NCBI GenBank assembly: GCA_035221665.1
Contig: CM069145.1
Span: forward strand, 14,942,001 to 15,006,000
Direction of reading: 5' to 3'
DNA: 64,000 nt
From: Okamejei kenojei
Taxonomy: Eukaryota
Position numbers and translations under genes: made by a program. The notes below the pieces were generated by a model that worked only from the letters and a program-made list of their open reading frames with translations, had not been told where the DNA came from and did no database searches. Positions 13,870-26,490 of this stretch are shown here, piece after piece (position 1 is the stretch's first letter; each line of letters begins with the position of its first letter).

Positions 13870-15935
13870 AACACGGAACGAAGCAATGGTGGACGATCTG
13901 CATACATTTTCTGCATCAATCTTCACAGTGGGAGACACCAGCACCATGCCAGAAATTCATGAGCGTCAGTGGGCAGAATGAGTGCAGTTGCGATTACTGA
14001 TGAGAAGGTGCTTGGGAAGTTAAAAGGTCTGAAGGTGGATAAGTCACTTGGACCATATAGACTACACCTCAATTTTCTGAAAGAGGTGGCCTTAGGGATT
14101 GTGGAGGCATTGTGGAGGAATGGTTCCAGAGGATTGGAAGGCCACATATGTAACTCCACTGTTTAAGAAGGGACCAAAGCAAAATAAAGGAAATTATAGG
14201 CCAGCTAGTCTGAATTCAGTGGTTGGTAAAACCAACCAACCAACTAATAATCCTCATCCATTATTAAGGATGAGGTTTGGTGATACTTCAAAGAATAGGC
14301 CAAAGTCAGCATGGTTTTTGTTAAGGGGAGATCTTTCCTGACAACTCTGTTGGAATTCTTTGAACAAGTAACAAGCAAAATAGAGAAATAAGTCAGTGGA
14401 TGTTGTTTACTTGGATTTTGAGAAGGTTTTTGATAAGGTTTAAGGCTGCTAAACAGGATAGGAGCCCATGGTATTAGCGGCAAAGTACAAGCATGGGTAG
14501 AAGATAGGTTGAATGGCAGAGGCAAAAAGTTGGAATAAAGGACTTTTTTGTGGTTGGCTGCCAGTAACTAGGGATTGGTCCATTACTTTTCACTTTACAT
14601 GCTAATGATCTGGATGATGGAATTGATGGCTTTGTGGACAATTATGTGGATGATTAGATTAGATTAGATTAGATTTTATTACTTGTCATTCGAACCTCAG
14701 TGAGGCTCAAACAAAACTCCGTTTCTACAGCCAAATAAACAAAACAATGCCTACACGACACACAAACAATTCAATTTACAGAAAACATCCATCACAGTGA
14801 ATCTCCTCCTCACTGTAATGGAAGGCAAATTCTTCTCTCTCCCCCGCACCATTTCTCTCCCGATGTTGAAGGCCCAGGCGGGCGGTGTTAAGTCCCACGG
14901 CCGTTGAGGCCGCGCCGGGTGATGTACGTCCCCGCTCCAGGCCCAAAAGTCACAAGTTGGAGCCCCCGGTGGGCGCTGGAATGTCCCGCGACCATTAAAG
15001 CCGCGCCGGGCGATGTACAGCCCCGCTCCGGGTCGTTCCAACCCCACGACACGGATGGGAGAAGTTGCGTTGCGGGAGCTCCAGAAAGTGGTCTCTCACC
15101 CGGACCCGCGAGCTCCCGATATCCCGACAGTCCACCGGTCTGCAGCTGCAGCTGGAGTCGGGCCGCAGCAGCGAGCCGGCACCGCTCCCCATGCTCCGAG
15201 GCCGGCCAGCCCCACGATGGTGAGTAGCATGCAGCTCCGCAGGCTCCATGACTCGAGCCCCCAGGTCATTCCGGTTGTAAGGCTGCTCCACGGTGCTAGG
15301 CCCCAACGACAACGGAGACCCGACAGGGAAAAAGTCGGGTCTCCCGTGCAAGGAAGAGATTTTAAAAGTTTCCCCCTTCCTCCCCCACCCCCCACATATA
15401 ACAGTTAGTAACAGTACAAAAAAAACACGAACAACTACATTTAACTAGATAGGTGGTGGGGCAGGTAGAGTTGAGGAAGCAGGGAGGCTGCATCCTGGAC
15501 CAGCACAGGTTGGGAGAGTGGGCAATCAAATAGCAAATGGAATACAGCGTAGCAAAGTGTACGGTCATGTGCTTTTATAGAAGGAAAAAAAGGCATAGAC
15601 TATTTTCTAAATGGGGAGATGAATCAGAAATTTGAGATGCAAAGGAACTTTGGAGTGCTGATGCAGGATTCCCAAAAGGTTAATTTACAGGTTGAGTAAG
15701 AAAGGGAAATGTTAGTATTCATTTCAAGAGGGCTAAAATCTAAAAACAAAGATGCAATGCTGAGGCTTCATTTAATTGCTGGTCAAACCACATTTGGAGT
15801 ATAGTGAGCAGTTTTGCGCCCATATGTGAGGAAGTATGTGCTGCCATTGGAGAGTGTCCAGAGAATAATCAAGGAGATGAGGGTTAACGTAAAGCGATGA
15901 CCCTGGGTCTGTACTCACTGGAGTTTAGAAAGATG
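13870..15935 (+). mobile_element. CR1/HER1 LINE fragment (interrupted)
   Basis: VPEDWKATYVTPLFKKG...GNYRPASLNSVVGK and later RT motifs; split by the insertion at 14655-15447. Confidence 0.85.
14655..15447 (-). mobile_element. GC-rich non-autonomous retroelement with Rex1/Babar-like tail
   Basis: (atcta)n tail after atgacaagtaataaaa; CpG-rich body; related layout at 27199 and 45596. Confidence 0.6.
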
Positions 15936-16029
15936 ATGTCACACTTTTCCGCACTGAACTCCATTTGCCTTAATATGAGCGGGTAAAGCCATGTCCATTT
16001 GACACAGCAGTCTTGATGGGCCAAATCAC

Positions 16030-16195
16030 TTAATTCTGATCATGATCTTATGGTAAGGTTACTTGGAACATCTTGTCCAAAATTCATCCCCAGATCAATC
16101 AAACAGTTGATTGATACACCTAATTCTGGTCATGATCTTATGGTAAGGTTATTTGGAACATCTTGTCCAAAATTCAAACATTTGATTGATACAGC
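16030..16195. repeat. Tandem duplication of about 90 bp
   Basis: taattctgRtcatgatcttatggtaaggttaYttggaacatcttgtccaaaattca at 16031 and 16120. Confidence 0.85.
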
Positions 16196-17514
16196 AGGCT
16201 CAGAATTCTTATTAGGATAGGGTAACAATTTATTTCGCTAAATTATCTGTCATTTGCAAGTTGCAAAATAACAAGGGATTGAATTTGCTATTAAATTTTC
16301 TGTTTTGTTGGTGATGAACTGGAATCTGTAATTCACTTCGCAAATGAAATGTGTATAAAAGCATGCTCTCTCCCAACTATATTAAGGAATTACTATGCTC
16401 ATTTCACATCAATGTTTCTCCTATCATATATGAATTTCACAAAATAAACTTTTTTTTATTAACTGCATTAAATAGGTTAAGTTTCAAATGATTCAATTTA
16501 ACTAAACCTCATTTAATTTCAAGCCTGCATGCACAATAAAAAAATAGACAATAAACGCAGTGACCTTAAAAGTGGTCCAAGTCAGTTTGGTAATATAGTT
16601 CATTTGTCTTTGGCATCAAGAAGGCTGGGTATCATTAGCCTTTGGACGAAGGGCATAATGCCATGGTTGTACAAGAAATCATGTTGTCGGAGTTTATTGT
16701 ACAATGGTAATTGTTTCTGAATTTTTGGTATGCGAGTACTTGTATTTGGAAAACATGCTCAAGCTTGAACTGCGAAGAACCATTTCATTAAGGTGAAAGA
16801 GAATTATTTACGTATATGCATGCATGACGTGAATTCTCTTTGGTAGAAGGCGGTTAAGGTGAGGTCAGCAGGAAGCAGTGTGTATACCTTCAATAGTAAT
16901 GCAATTTGAGAAAGCCTGCAATTCTTTCAAACAGACAAAATTACCCTTGCCCTGTTGTGAGACTGAGTTATGGCAGCAAGGTGGCAAAGACTACCTTCTT
17001 GATGAAATGCAAATACCTGATGCTAGATCTGGATAAACAAGTGTTTGCTATACACCCATTTTTGGATATTACTACCCATTTAGGATATTTTTCCTTTTCT
17101 TCTCCTTTCCTTGTCATGCTGTGAGTGGCCTCTTCACATCGTTCCTGTCATAAATGATCACCTGAGCAAGATTCATGCCAGTGACATTTGAAAGCTGTGT
17201 AGAAACCTTTGAGTCAGTATAATAAAACCCCATATGAACATCTTTGTACATGACTGAAATATCAATCAATTATAAATCAGTGTGCAAAACTGAAGCAAGT
17301 TCCGGAAGAGGTAAAACAGCAACTGAATTGAAGGAAGCTGATGATCTCTTTAAATATTACTGCTTCGCAATGCACCATTTTGTGTCATGTCAGTTCCATT
17401 GTGTCTGGACAAAGATGGCTGGACTTGAAAACTAGCATTGCTGGCATCCCATCAATTTTGCCCATTGGTTTAGATCACGGTCTACTATGCTGAGAGAAAA
17501 TGCTGGCTGTTCAT

Positions 17515-18420
17515 AAAATTATAAATTGATAAGGAGAGTTAGACCATTCAGCCCATCAAGTCTACTCCGCCATTCAATCATAGCTGATCTATCTCTCCCT
17601 CCTAACCCCATTTTCCTGCCTTCTCCCCATAACCTCTGACACCCGTACTAATCAAGAATCTATCTATCTCTGACAAATATATCCACTGACTTGGCCTTCT
17701 GTGGCAAATAATTCCACAGATTCACCACCCTCTGACTAAAGAGATTCTTCCTCATCTCCTTCGTAAAAATGTCCTTTAATTCTGAGGCTATGACCTCTAG
17801 TCCTAGACTTTACCACTAGTGGAAACATCCTCTCCACATCCACTCTATCAAAGCCTTTCATTCCTGGGATAATTCTTGTAAACCTCCTCTGGACCCTCTC
17901 CAGAGCCAGCACATCCTTCCTCAGATATGGTGCCCATAATTGCTCACAATATTCCAAATGCGGCCTTTCCAGCCCCTAGTAGAGCCTCAGCATTACATCC
18001 CTGTTTTTGTATATAAGCCCTCTCAAAATAAATGCTTGCATTGCATTTGCTTTCTTTACTAACAATTCGACTTGCAGATTAACATTGTGATAATCCTGCA
18101 CCAGCATTCCCATGTCCCTTTGCACTTTCCAATTTCTGTATTCTCTCCCCATTTAGAAAATAATCTATGCATTTATTCCTACTACCAAAATGCATGACTC
18201 CACATTTTGCCTCACTATATTCCATCTGCCACTTCTCTGCCCACTCTCCCAACCTATCCAAGTCCTTCTGCAGAGTCCCTGCTTTCTCTATACTACCTGC
18301 TCCTCCACCTATTTTCATATCATCCACCAATTTGGCCACAAAGCCTTCCAAATCAGTAAGATACAACATGAAGAGCAGCGGCCCCAGCACCGAGCCCGGC
18401 AGAATTCCACTAGTTACTGT
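17515..18420 (-). mobile_element. CR1/HER1 LINE 3' fragment
   Basis: MLGPLLFMLY...DDMKIGG...LQKDLDRLGEWAEKWQM; EYCEQLWAPYLRKDVLALERVQRRFTR. Confidence 0.9.
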
Positions 18421-19404
18421 TCTATCGCATCAGCACTGCTTCTTTTCAATATAGGATACAATGTAATTATGGTTGTTTGTGCGTTTACATATGGCAGATT
18501 CTAGTTTGGATGCCAAGGAACTACTCAGCAGCCAACAATTAAGTGCTTTATTTCACATGGCCCAGCTTTATTTTCCTGTCATATATCTTCCTTCAACATC
18601 AGGTGTTTTTTCCCGCTGAGGAAAGGTCTTATGTAAACTTCTTGTTGCCTTCAGTAATTTGATCCATTCAAATAAGGTGTAAGGAAGGACCCAACTATTA
18701 ATTTTGTTACAGTGAACTCTCACAGTGAACTGGAATGGAGAGGACCAAGAAAAATTCTCCTTTGTCTAATGGGTGCCAAATCACTGGCATCATTCACCAG
18801 CACTAACAGTTGAATGTTCTATGAAGGCCAATGTGAGCAATCAAAATAGTAAGATTAAACGAGAACTTACCAGTTTGAAGTTTGATCTTTATTTTATGAG
18901 GAGTTACGATGAAGGATTACGTGAAGAACCCCATCCAGCCACACGTGCATCAATCTTCAAAGCAGTGGTGTGAAATCATAGGTAATAGTGACTGAAGTAT
19001 AATAGTAAGAAAACAGAAGGCTGGAACTACCAGATTATATTTATGAGGGTTGGGAGCAGAGGGCACGTAATCCCTCATCGTAACTCCTCATAAAATAAAG
19101 ATCAAACTTCAAACTGGTAAGTTCTCATTTAATCTTACAATTTTACTTCGGAGTCACGCGAGTGACTACGTGAAGATTTCAAAGCTCTGTGATTTCATGC
19201 TGTGTGAAACTAGTATACACAACCACAACTGCTTCATTGATAAATGAATGAAAAACATGCATAATGCATACAGTCATGACATAGCTTTAAAACATGCTGA
19301 TGCTGTTTAAATGAAGTCACAATATTTCCATCTCTCACCCAGATGAAAAGTATAACTAGAACATAAATAGAGTTGACAAATACCCCATGTTCAGCAATGG
19401 GTTA

Positions 19405-20140
19405 TTATAATTTTTTTGGAGATTGGTTCGTTGGACCATGCTGCAGCCGTAAGGATGTGGCCCAGCGGAACGTATATACCCTTGCTGCTGATGTTGTAGC
19501 AGCCCTGGTGGAATGAGATCTGGAATCAGAATCCATTCCTACATAACGCAAACTCCGTTTTATCATCTGGAGTGGCCTGAACAGATACGTTCTTCTAAGT
19601 TTTTTGTGACTAACAACATTGCTATAGCAGAACCTCAAAGGCTCTTGGTGACCCTGACATATTGTTGTATAAATGTGTGCTTACATTGCCAAAGGTCACC
19701 TGGCTTGCCTCTGACTATTTTGAGACCTGACACCCCTTCTGGTCTGCTCAAGTATTTATAACATAAAATATTATATATTTTTATTTACAGATGTAATCAT
19801 CGTGTACCGTTGCAATTATGTAGCTACTGAACCTGCTGCGCTAAACCAGCGCCAGAAGGACAACTACCTAATGTTCTCCAGCCAAATTTAAGGATGTAGC
19901 TGGAGCCTCCTGGTGAAATAGTGTTCACAATGTCAACATCCCATATGGCATTCTACTGGTCCTGGGAGACCTTGTGTTGAAGATATCCTTACAACTTGAT
20001 GTCTGGTGTGAACCTGACAGAACGAGTCTTGTTTGCTACAGCTAACTCAATGAGAAAGCACGTTGACACAGTTAATGGACGTACAACTCAATAATTAACA
20101 AAAGATCATTTAACATGAACTCCAAACGTCAGCAATTTAT
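19405..20140 (-). pseudogene. DIRS tyrosine recombinase remnant
   Basis: HSTR catalytic motif in ORF 19405-19638; frameshifted. Confidence 0.75.
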
Positions 20141-20416
20141 ACCGTTTTCAATGTAACATGAGCATGAAACAAACTCTTTCATCTCCTGGAAAAGAAAAGT
20201 CCTGCTTTTTGGTGCTGAACACATAGAAGGATAGATGTAACAACCCAAGCCTTGGGGCAGTTTATTAAATCTGCAGAACATAATTTGAGTAATCATACAA
20301 CGGCTGATTTCCCAGGCCTCAGGCTGAACCAGCAAAGTTACGTTTAAAATAACCATGTAAGGTTTGTGTACCCTTGATTCTCCAGCATCTGCAGTTCCTT
20401 CTTTAACACATATAAG

Positions 20417-21542
20417 GTTGATTGATTGATTAAGGTTTATTTAAATAGGGACAGATACAAAAACATAGATACACTTGAAACAGTCATCTGATGTATGCAT
20501 CATAGCCAATGCTAATTCGCAACACTTGTCCCTAGTAGGGCTTTTGGTTAAACATGATAATACAGATTAACATTATTAAAAATAGGAAAATGGAAATGGA
20601 AATGAGAATAAAAAATGGAAAAGAGAAAAAGACATACAGAGAGAGCACAGTGTAAAAACTAAATATGAGAACAAGATTGTTGTTGAATTAGCCACAATTT
20701 TGTGTTTCTTTTGATGTGACATATGTAGGGATACTTTCAAGCGGTCCTGGCAGTGAGTTCCATAATTTTGTCCCTTTTTACTGAAAAGGCAGTTTGAGCA
20801 AAAGATGTTCTTCGGAAGGGGATACTACAATTGCCTTTTGACGCTGCTCGGGTGTGTGGATCTGTACCACTTTGCAGTCTTGTTATTGTTTGCACAGCAG
20901 CTGGGGAGCAGCGCCATTTAGGCACCTGAAGACCAATGTAACTAAATGTAAGGAAATAAAGTTAGCAAAACTTAGGATCTTATATTTGCTTAGAATTTGA
21001 CAGTGATGATACCTTATTTTTTTTTGTCCAGGACTTTCAAGGCTCGGTTATAGAGACACTCTATGGCTTTAATTGATGACTGGTGAGCCTGGGACCATGT
21101 GGTTAAGCTATAAGATATATGTGAGAGAATCATAGAATTCATGAAAAGATTCTATTATTATTATTATACTATATTATTCTATATTATTATTCCCGACAAA
21201 TCGGGAATCAAGTTGCATAAGACAATCACACAATAGGAATGTAAAGCGGCCTCTTAATGACTTTATTTGAAGCAATTGATGAAGCAAAATGGAGGAAGAC
21301 ATAAAAGACCTTCCTTCTCTTTATAGCGAGAATGTATCTTTCGCCACTGTTATGCCACATATTTTGCAACCAGTGAAAAAGCATGAAAACAACATATCTA
21401 TATTTGGTGTTCCATTTAACCAGTGTTTCATAATACAGTGTGATTCAACACCAATTCTGTGTTACCATAGACTTATACTTGATGAATCTCCTGTGGCAAA
21501 CAAGATTATGTAACCATTACAGGGGTCTTTAATTGATTGCTC
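20417..21542 (-). mobile_element. L2/Crack-group LINE fragment nested in DIRS
   Basis: TRAASKGNCSIPFRRTSFAQTAFSVK RT C-terminus; aataaa...(atca)n tail at 20417-20445. Confidence 0.65.
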
Positions 21543-23083
21543 CCACGTGACTAACATATGCCACCATCATAATGTATCAACATGAAGTTGAGCATGCAGA
21601 TATGCATATTTGCTCAATCACTCTTTAACCCATACAATGCCCGTAGGGTCTATAGATGGTTGATACCAATAAGAGAAGAATTGGTAAGTCATGCAAATGT
21701 GCTCCACCTCCAAACTCGAGATGATATTCGCAATTTGTAAACGGCAACTGTCTGTCGTAAACGGCAACTGTGGCCCGATTTCCAAGCCACTCTTGCAAGA
21801 CAATCCTGGCCCTTATACTGAACCTGCCCAATTCTAACGTGCTTGGAATGCTGGTATTGTCCATTTTTACATGGTTAGACCCCTCGAAGTAGATGATAAT
21901 GTCTCAATCATTTGTATTGTATAACCAAGTGTACATCTTACCAAGTTGTAAGTGGTCCCTTAGTTGTAGAGTTGCACAGGTAGAGTGCGTGGAACCTCTG
22001 GCCAGCTTTCATGCTGCCACCAGCTTCAGTGAACCGCTTACTGCTGATGAAGACGTGGGGTGCGTTGTCGCCGCAACTATGAAACCTTACTCGTTCCAAT
22101 AGCTTGTGCTTCGTCCTCCAGGTTTCGCCTATGGAAAGGTCTTATCTGAATAGAAGATTCGGCAGCCAGCTCTAATGTCCCCCTGATAGTGGTGTTCACT
22201 GCATATGTGTTGGGACGGCAACCTTGCTGCCAGGCATAGACCTCTGGCGTGTGCTTTGCATCCCTTGGGCATGCTCTACGGCTATACCCTCAGACTCGGC
22301 GTTAGACTATACTGATCCCGCATGCTCTCCTCTTACATGAGGGAGATATTAAGCAGCCCTGATACAAGGTGCTGCTGGCACGGCTTCATCAATATGCCGA
22401 CTTTGTCATGGACTCGGCGTCAGACTAATACTGACGCGGCATGCTCTCCTCTTATATGAAGGAGACATTAAGCAGGCCTGCTACAAGGCACTGCTGATGC
22501 AATTTTCTATTTAGGGCCATTAGCATCATTTTGCAATAATGAAATACTTACCTAACAACTACTGAAGCAGTAATGAATACTGTTTGTCCATCATTATGAC
22601 TTTAGTAGCTTTGGCTGGTAATAACAAGTTGTGTTAACAATGACCTGTATGACACTTTACAGTTTACCATTTAACAGGATGATAGTTCTCCTACTTGCAC
22701 AGCTGAATCACATCTATATATTTCCAATTAGTCTTAATGAATAGAAGGCTGCTTTATAACAACAAGGATATTACAGGTGTGTATTGCCTGCAATCTGTTG
22801 CCCCGGCCGGCGTCAATGGCCAATTGAGTAGCTAAAGGTAATCCCAAAGTCCAACAAGTCTATTTGATAACAACTTAATCTTAACTGGATAGAGGAACCC
22901 AATTTCTCAAATATAGTTTGAGACTTAAACAGTGGATTTTAGCACATACATAACCAGTGTTTTTGAACTGTGAATAGTCCTCATTGAATGCTTTTTGTCA
23001 TCATTCTGTTATATTGCCTTATCCTAGCAATGCCTCCTCATCCCTCATGATCACTGTAAATGGAATACCCTACCAAGCAGCCT

Positions 23084-23420
23084 ATTCCCATGAAGCAGCC
23101 CTGAACAAGGTACTGTTGGCGCCCATGAAACAGCCCTGAGCAAAGGTGCTGCTGGCACGACCTTTCCCATAGGCCAGTATTTGCCATAGATTTGGCATTC
23201 TCATGAAGCAGCCCTGAGCAAAGGTGCTGCTGGCACAGCCTCTTCAATAGGCTAGCCTGCCTTAACTTGGCATCCCCCTGGAGCAGTCCTGAGCAAAGGT
23301 ACCGCCGGCACAACCTCTCCAATAGGCTGGCACTGCCATAACTTGGCATCCCCATGAAGCAGCCCTATGCAAAGGTGCTGCTGGCAAAGCCTCTCCAATA
23401 GGCTGACACTGTCATAAATT
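23084..23420. repeat. About 75-bp tandem repeat (4-5 copies) inside DIRS
   Basis: Unit core catgaagcagccctgagcaaaggtgctgctggcac; related 119-bp pair at 22290-22500. Confidence 0.85.
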
Positions 23421-23544
23421 TTACTGCTGCCACGGACTCTCACATTAACCCGCGCTGACCCAACTCCTGCTGTAGGAGTGTCTCTAGATTCACATTCCCG
23501 GAGGGAACCCTCCCAACATCTTTCTTTATCGGACTGACCATTTT

Positions 23545-23950
23545 TGTCAGTCGTCCCCATATCCTGGGGATGACTGCGGTTTGGGAACCGCATTGCTGGA
23601 TTTCCCCTTCCCGGGGATCCATATATATATATTGTATATATACCCGCGGTAACCCTCCCGGCACCCGGGCTGACCGTTCAGGTCAGTTTAAACCCATATC
23701 CTGGGGATTACTGCGGTATGAGAATAGCATATGCTTGGATTTCCCCTCCCCGGGGAACCCAGCCTAACCATTTAGGTCAGTTTTAACCTCATCTCCTGTG
23801 GACTACTGTGGTCTGGAAACCGCATATTCTTGGATTTCCCCTACCCGGGAACCCAGGCTGACCGTTCATGTCAGTTCAACGCCATATCCTGGGGACTACT
23901 GAGGTTTTGAACCGCATATTATTGAGTTTCCCCTCCCCGGAAACCCAACG
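23545..23950. repeat. About 94-bp tandem repeat (4 copies) in the DIRS 5' region
   Basis: Unit core ccatatcctgggga...gaaccgcata...ggatttcccct.cccggg. Confidence 0.8.
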
Positions 23951-25563
23951 TCTAGAGTCACTGACCGTGTTATCAGTGACTCCGATCGCGAACCCGACAT
24001 TCGCCAGCTCCCCGCTTCCGCGGTCGGACCAGGGTTTCCCCAAAGCCCTTAGCGGGTTCCCTCGTCGGACGTCGCGAACATCCTGCAAAAACCTCTGAGG
24101 TTCCTGCAGGAGACCTAAAACAGGTAAGGAATAGCACTTACCTGAAGTTTAGACTTACCGCTGGAGGAGCTCCGCTGTTTCACCGGTCGCCTGCATGAAT
24201 GCATCTGATGTAATGACGCACGTGCGGCTTGACGTGGTTCTTCACGTGGTCACTCACTTGACTCCGAAGTAAAATGAAAGATGTTTCTCTTCATATTGTA
24301 AAATTCTAAGAATTGGCAATGTTTGTTTTCTGGCCATTTTTGAATACCCTTTCGTGGGCTCGGTCAAGAGTGTTGGTTTAGTAGTTTGATATGGTAAATT
24401 ATGTCTTCAATAGGAAGGAAATGGAAGTCTAAATCTGAAAGAAATGGAAAAGAGGCCTGAGGACTCTGAGGACCTTTACAATGGACTTGGACAATTTAAC
24501 AGTGCTTCATACGAATACAGTATGTCATTGCCCTCTGCACTGCCAATCTGGATTTTGTTACGTTATTACAGGCCCATAAAATTGATATAATTTTCAATCC
24601 TTTCTTCACATTTCAGTGTCAAGGATTGTCCTTGTAGATGGCGCAAGATTATATGATTCAGATTTTGCTGGAACAAGCCATTTATTAGTTTGACTCATTC
24701 ATGCATTATTTAGTTCCAGGAACTTTCATCCACAAAATTGTTAGAAATGCGAGTGAAGGGAAAAGATTTAATTGGGAGATAAAAGTTGATAGCAAAATTT
24801 TAAAAAGATCTTGACACTTTGAAATCCTCTGATTATTTACAAAGACATAAAACTTTAATTATTGAATTTTTGGATTAAGAGATTTGATTGGAATTAATTA
24901 ACGGTTATATTCTTAGAAGAGTCATAATGTGGTTAATTATGTTCTATATCATTACTTCAGTAAAGGTTTAATACACCAATAAATCTTTTGTTTAATGAAT
25001 TCAAATCATATTGGTTTTGATATTGGTTTATTCTTGTTGTTTATGCCATGATTGAGTGAAAAACATTGAGTTTAAATTATTGAGTGAAAAACTGTTCTGT
25101 GTGCTATCCAGGCAAATTATACCATGCATAAGCACGTCAGGTTTGAATTCAGACCCATGACATTTTCAAGAGAATGTTGGCATGGTTGTCCTTGTACTTT
25201 TTCTCAGCAGGTTCAACATGTTTAATATCTGAGGACATATCCAGATCATCTTGATACTAGCTTGAACTCTTGCAAAATGGAGCTAAGAAATAAAGACTCT
25301 TGAAAGAATCAACTGCCATTCCTCACTTGCCTTCTGCAATGTTTCGTGCGGAGAATATGGTTAATGGCAGGATTTCCCGACTGTGATCATTGTCGCTAAT
25401 TTTGCTGAATGGAAAATGTTAGTCAAGGATTTGTCTACATTAATTTTGTCTACACTAATTCAGGAGTTTCAATAAATGTTTAATGCACTAATACATCACT
25501 GATTGATGAAAAATACGAGTTTACCAACTTTTAATCAATTTCACTGGGCCCCAAGTGAAAACG

Positions 25564-25700
25564 TCTTCTTCTTTTGTGTGGCGTGCACAGCCTAAAGTTG
25601 CTGGACAACTTGTTCTATTTGATCTTCCATTTGTGCACGTCGAGTTGATTGCATTAGTCGAAACAGGGCGGACCACGTGAAGGTTGCAATCTTCCACCCC
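25564..25700 (-). mobile_element. Vingi/Ingi-like short non-autonomous retroposon
   Basis: 3' end gtgcacgccacacaaaa(gaa)n; TSD aagtRaaaac at 25553-25562 and 25701-25710; 5' end resembles the Ingi/L1Tc Pr77 core ACC-N7-GGT. Confidence 0.7.
25647..25700 (-). ncRNA. HDV-like self-cleaving ribozyme (predicted)
   Basis: P1 GGGGUGG/CCGCCCU with G1-U wobble, P2 GAUUGCA/UGCAAUC, P3 ACC/GGU, L3 UUCACGU, UUCG-capped minimal P4, J4/2 CUAA. Confidence 0.75.
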
Positions 25701-25714
25701 AAGTAAAAACCAAG

Positions 25715-26150
25715 GTGCAGGTTAATCATAAAATTCTGTCCAACAAATTGGAACTGTGTCCAGCTACACAGTTGTGGGTATTGAATGAGGAGAGCAGGGA
25801 GGCGAGCACACAGCCTTGAAATGCCCCAGTGCTGATGGTTATTGTGGCAGAGGTTGTGTGGCCAACTTGTCCCGATTGTGTTCTGTTCTTGAGGAAGTTG
25901 AGGATCCAGTTGCAAAGGAATGCATGGATACCCAGTTCCCTGAGCTTGATAGCAGGTTTGGGGAACTATTTTAATTTTCCAAATGGTCCAGTGCAGGTTG
26001 GAGAACTAGAAGATGATCTATTGTGGCAGTAGGCAAATTGTAGTGGGTGCAGGCTCTTGCTGAGGTATGAGTTAATAAGCTCCATAACCAATATGCACCA
26101 TTACCAATCCTTCAAAGCACTTCATCACCACGGACATTATTGCCCCCGGT
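25715..26150 (-). mobile_element. Old Rex1/Babar RT fragment
   Basis: tttgcctactgccacaatagatca (FAY..NRS) and ggcatttcaaggctgtgtgctc (QGCVL) on the - strand. Confidence 0.6.
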
Positions 26151-26199
26151 GATGGGAAGATCAGCGCATCACTATTGTTTCAGTTTCAACACTTCAACA

Positions 26200-26490
26200 T
26201 GGTAGGACAGCGGTAGAGTTGCTGCCTTACAGCGCCAGGGACCCGGCTTCGATCCAGACGATGGCCGCTGTCTGTACAGTGTTTGTACAGTTGTGCGTTC
26301 TCCCCGTGACCTGCAGTGGTTTTCTCCGAGATCTTCCTCCCACACTCTAAAGACGTCCAGATTTGTAGGTTAATTGGCTTGGCATAAATATAAATTGTCC
26401 CTATCGTTAATATGAGGGGATCGCTGGTCTGTGCGGACTCGGTGTGCCAAAAGACCTGTTTTAGCACTGTATCTCTAAAGTAAACTAAAC
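26200..26490 (+). mobile_element. HE1-like SINE
   Basis: cagcggtagagttgctgccttacagcgccagggacccggcttcgatcc head; full body. Confidence 0.85.

Larger units (their letters stand above)
18843..24275 (-). mobile_element. DIRS1-like tyrosine-recombinase retrotransposon (decayed, both termini present)
   Basis: ITRs (about 18919-18955 vs 24214-24248); ICR 19064-19176 complementary to both termini; recombinase motifs HSTRAATTSAA, IFNTR and IWDVDIV; RT N-terminal remnants near 21550-21860. Confidence 0.9.

Noticed and set aside
26200-26260. tRNA genes at SINE heads
   Set aside because: A/B boxes run straight into the SINE body; no full cloverleaf.
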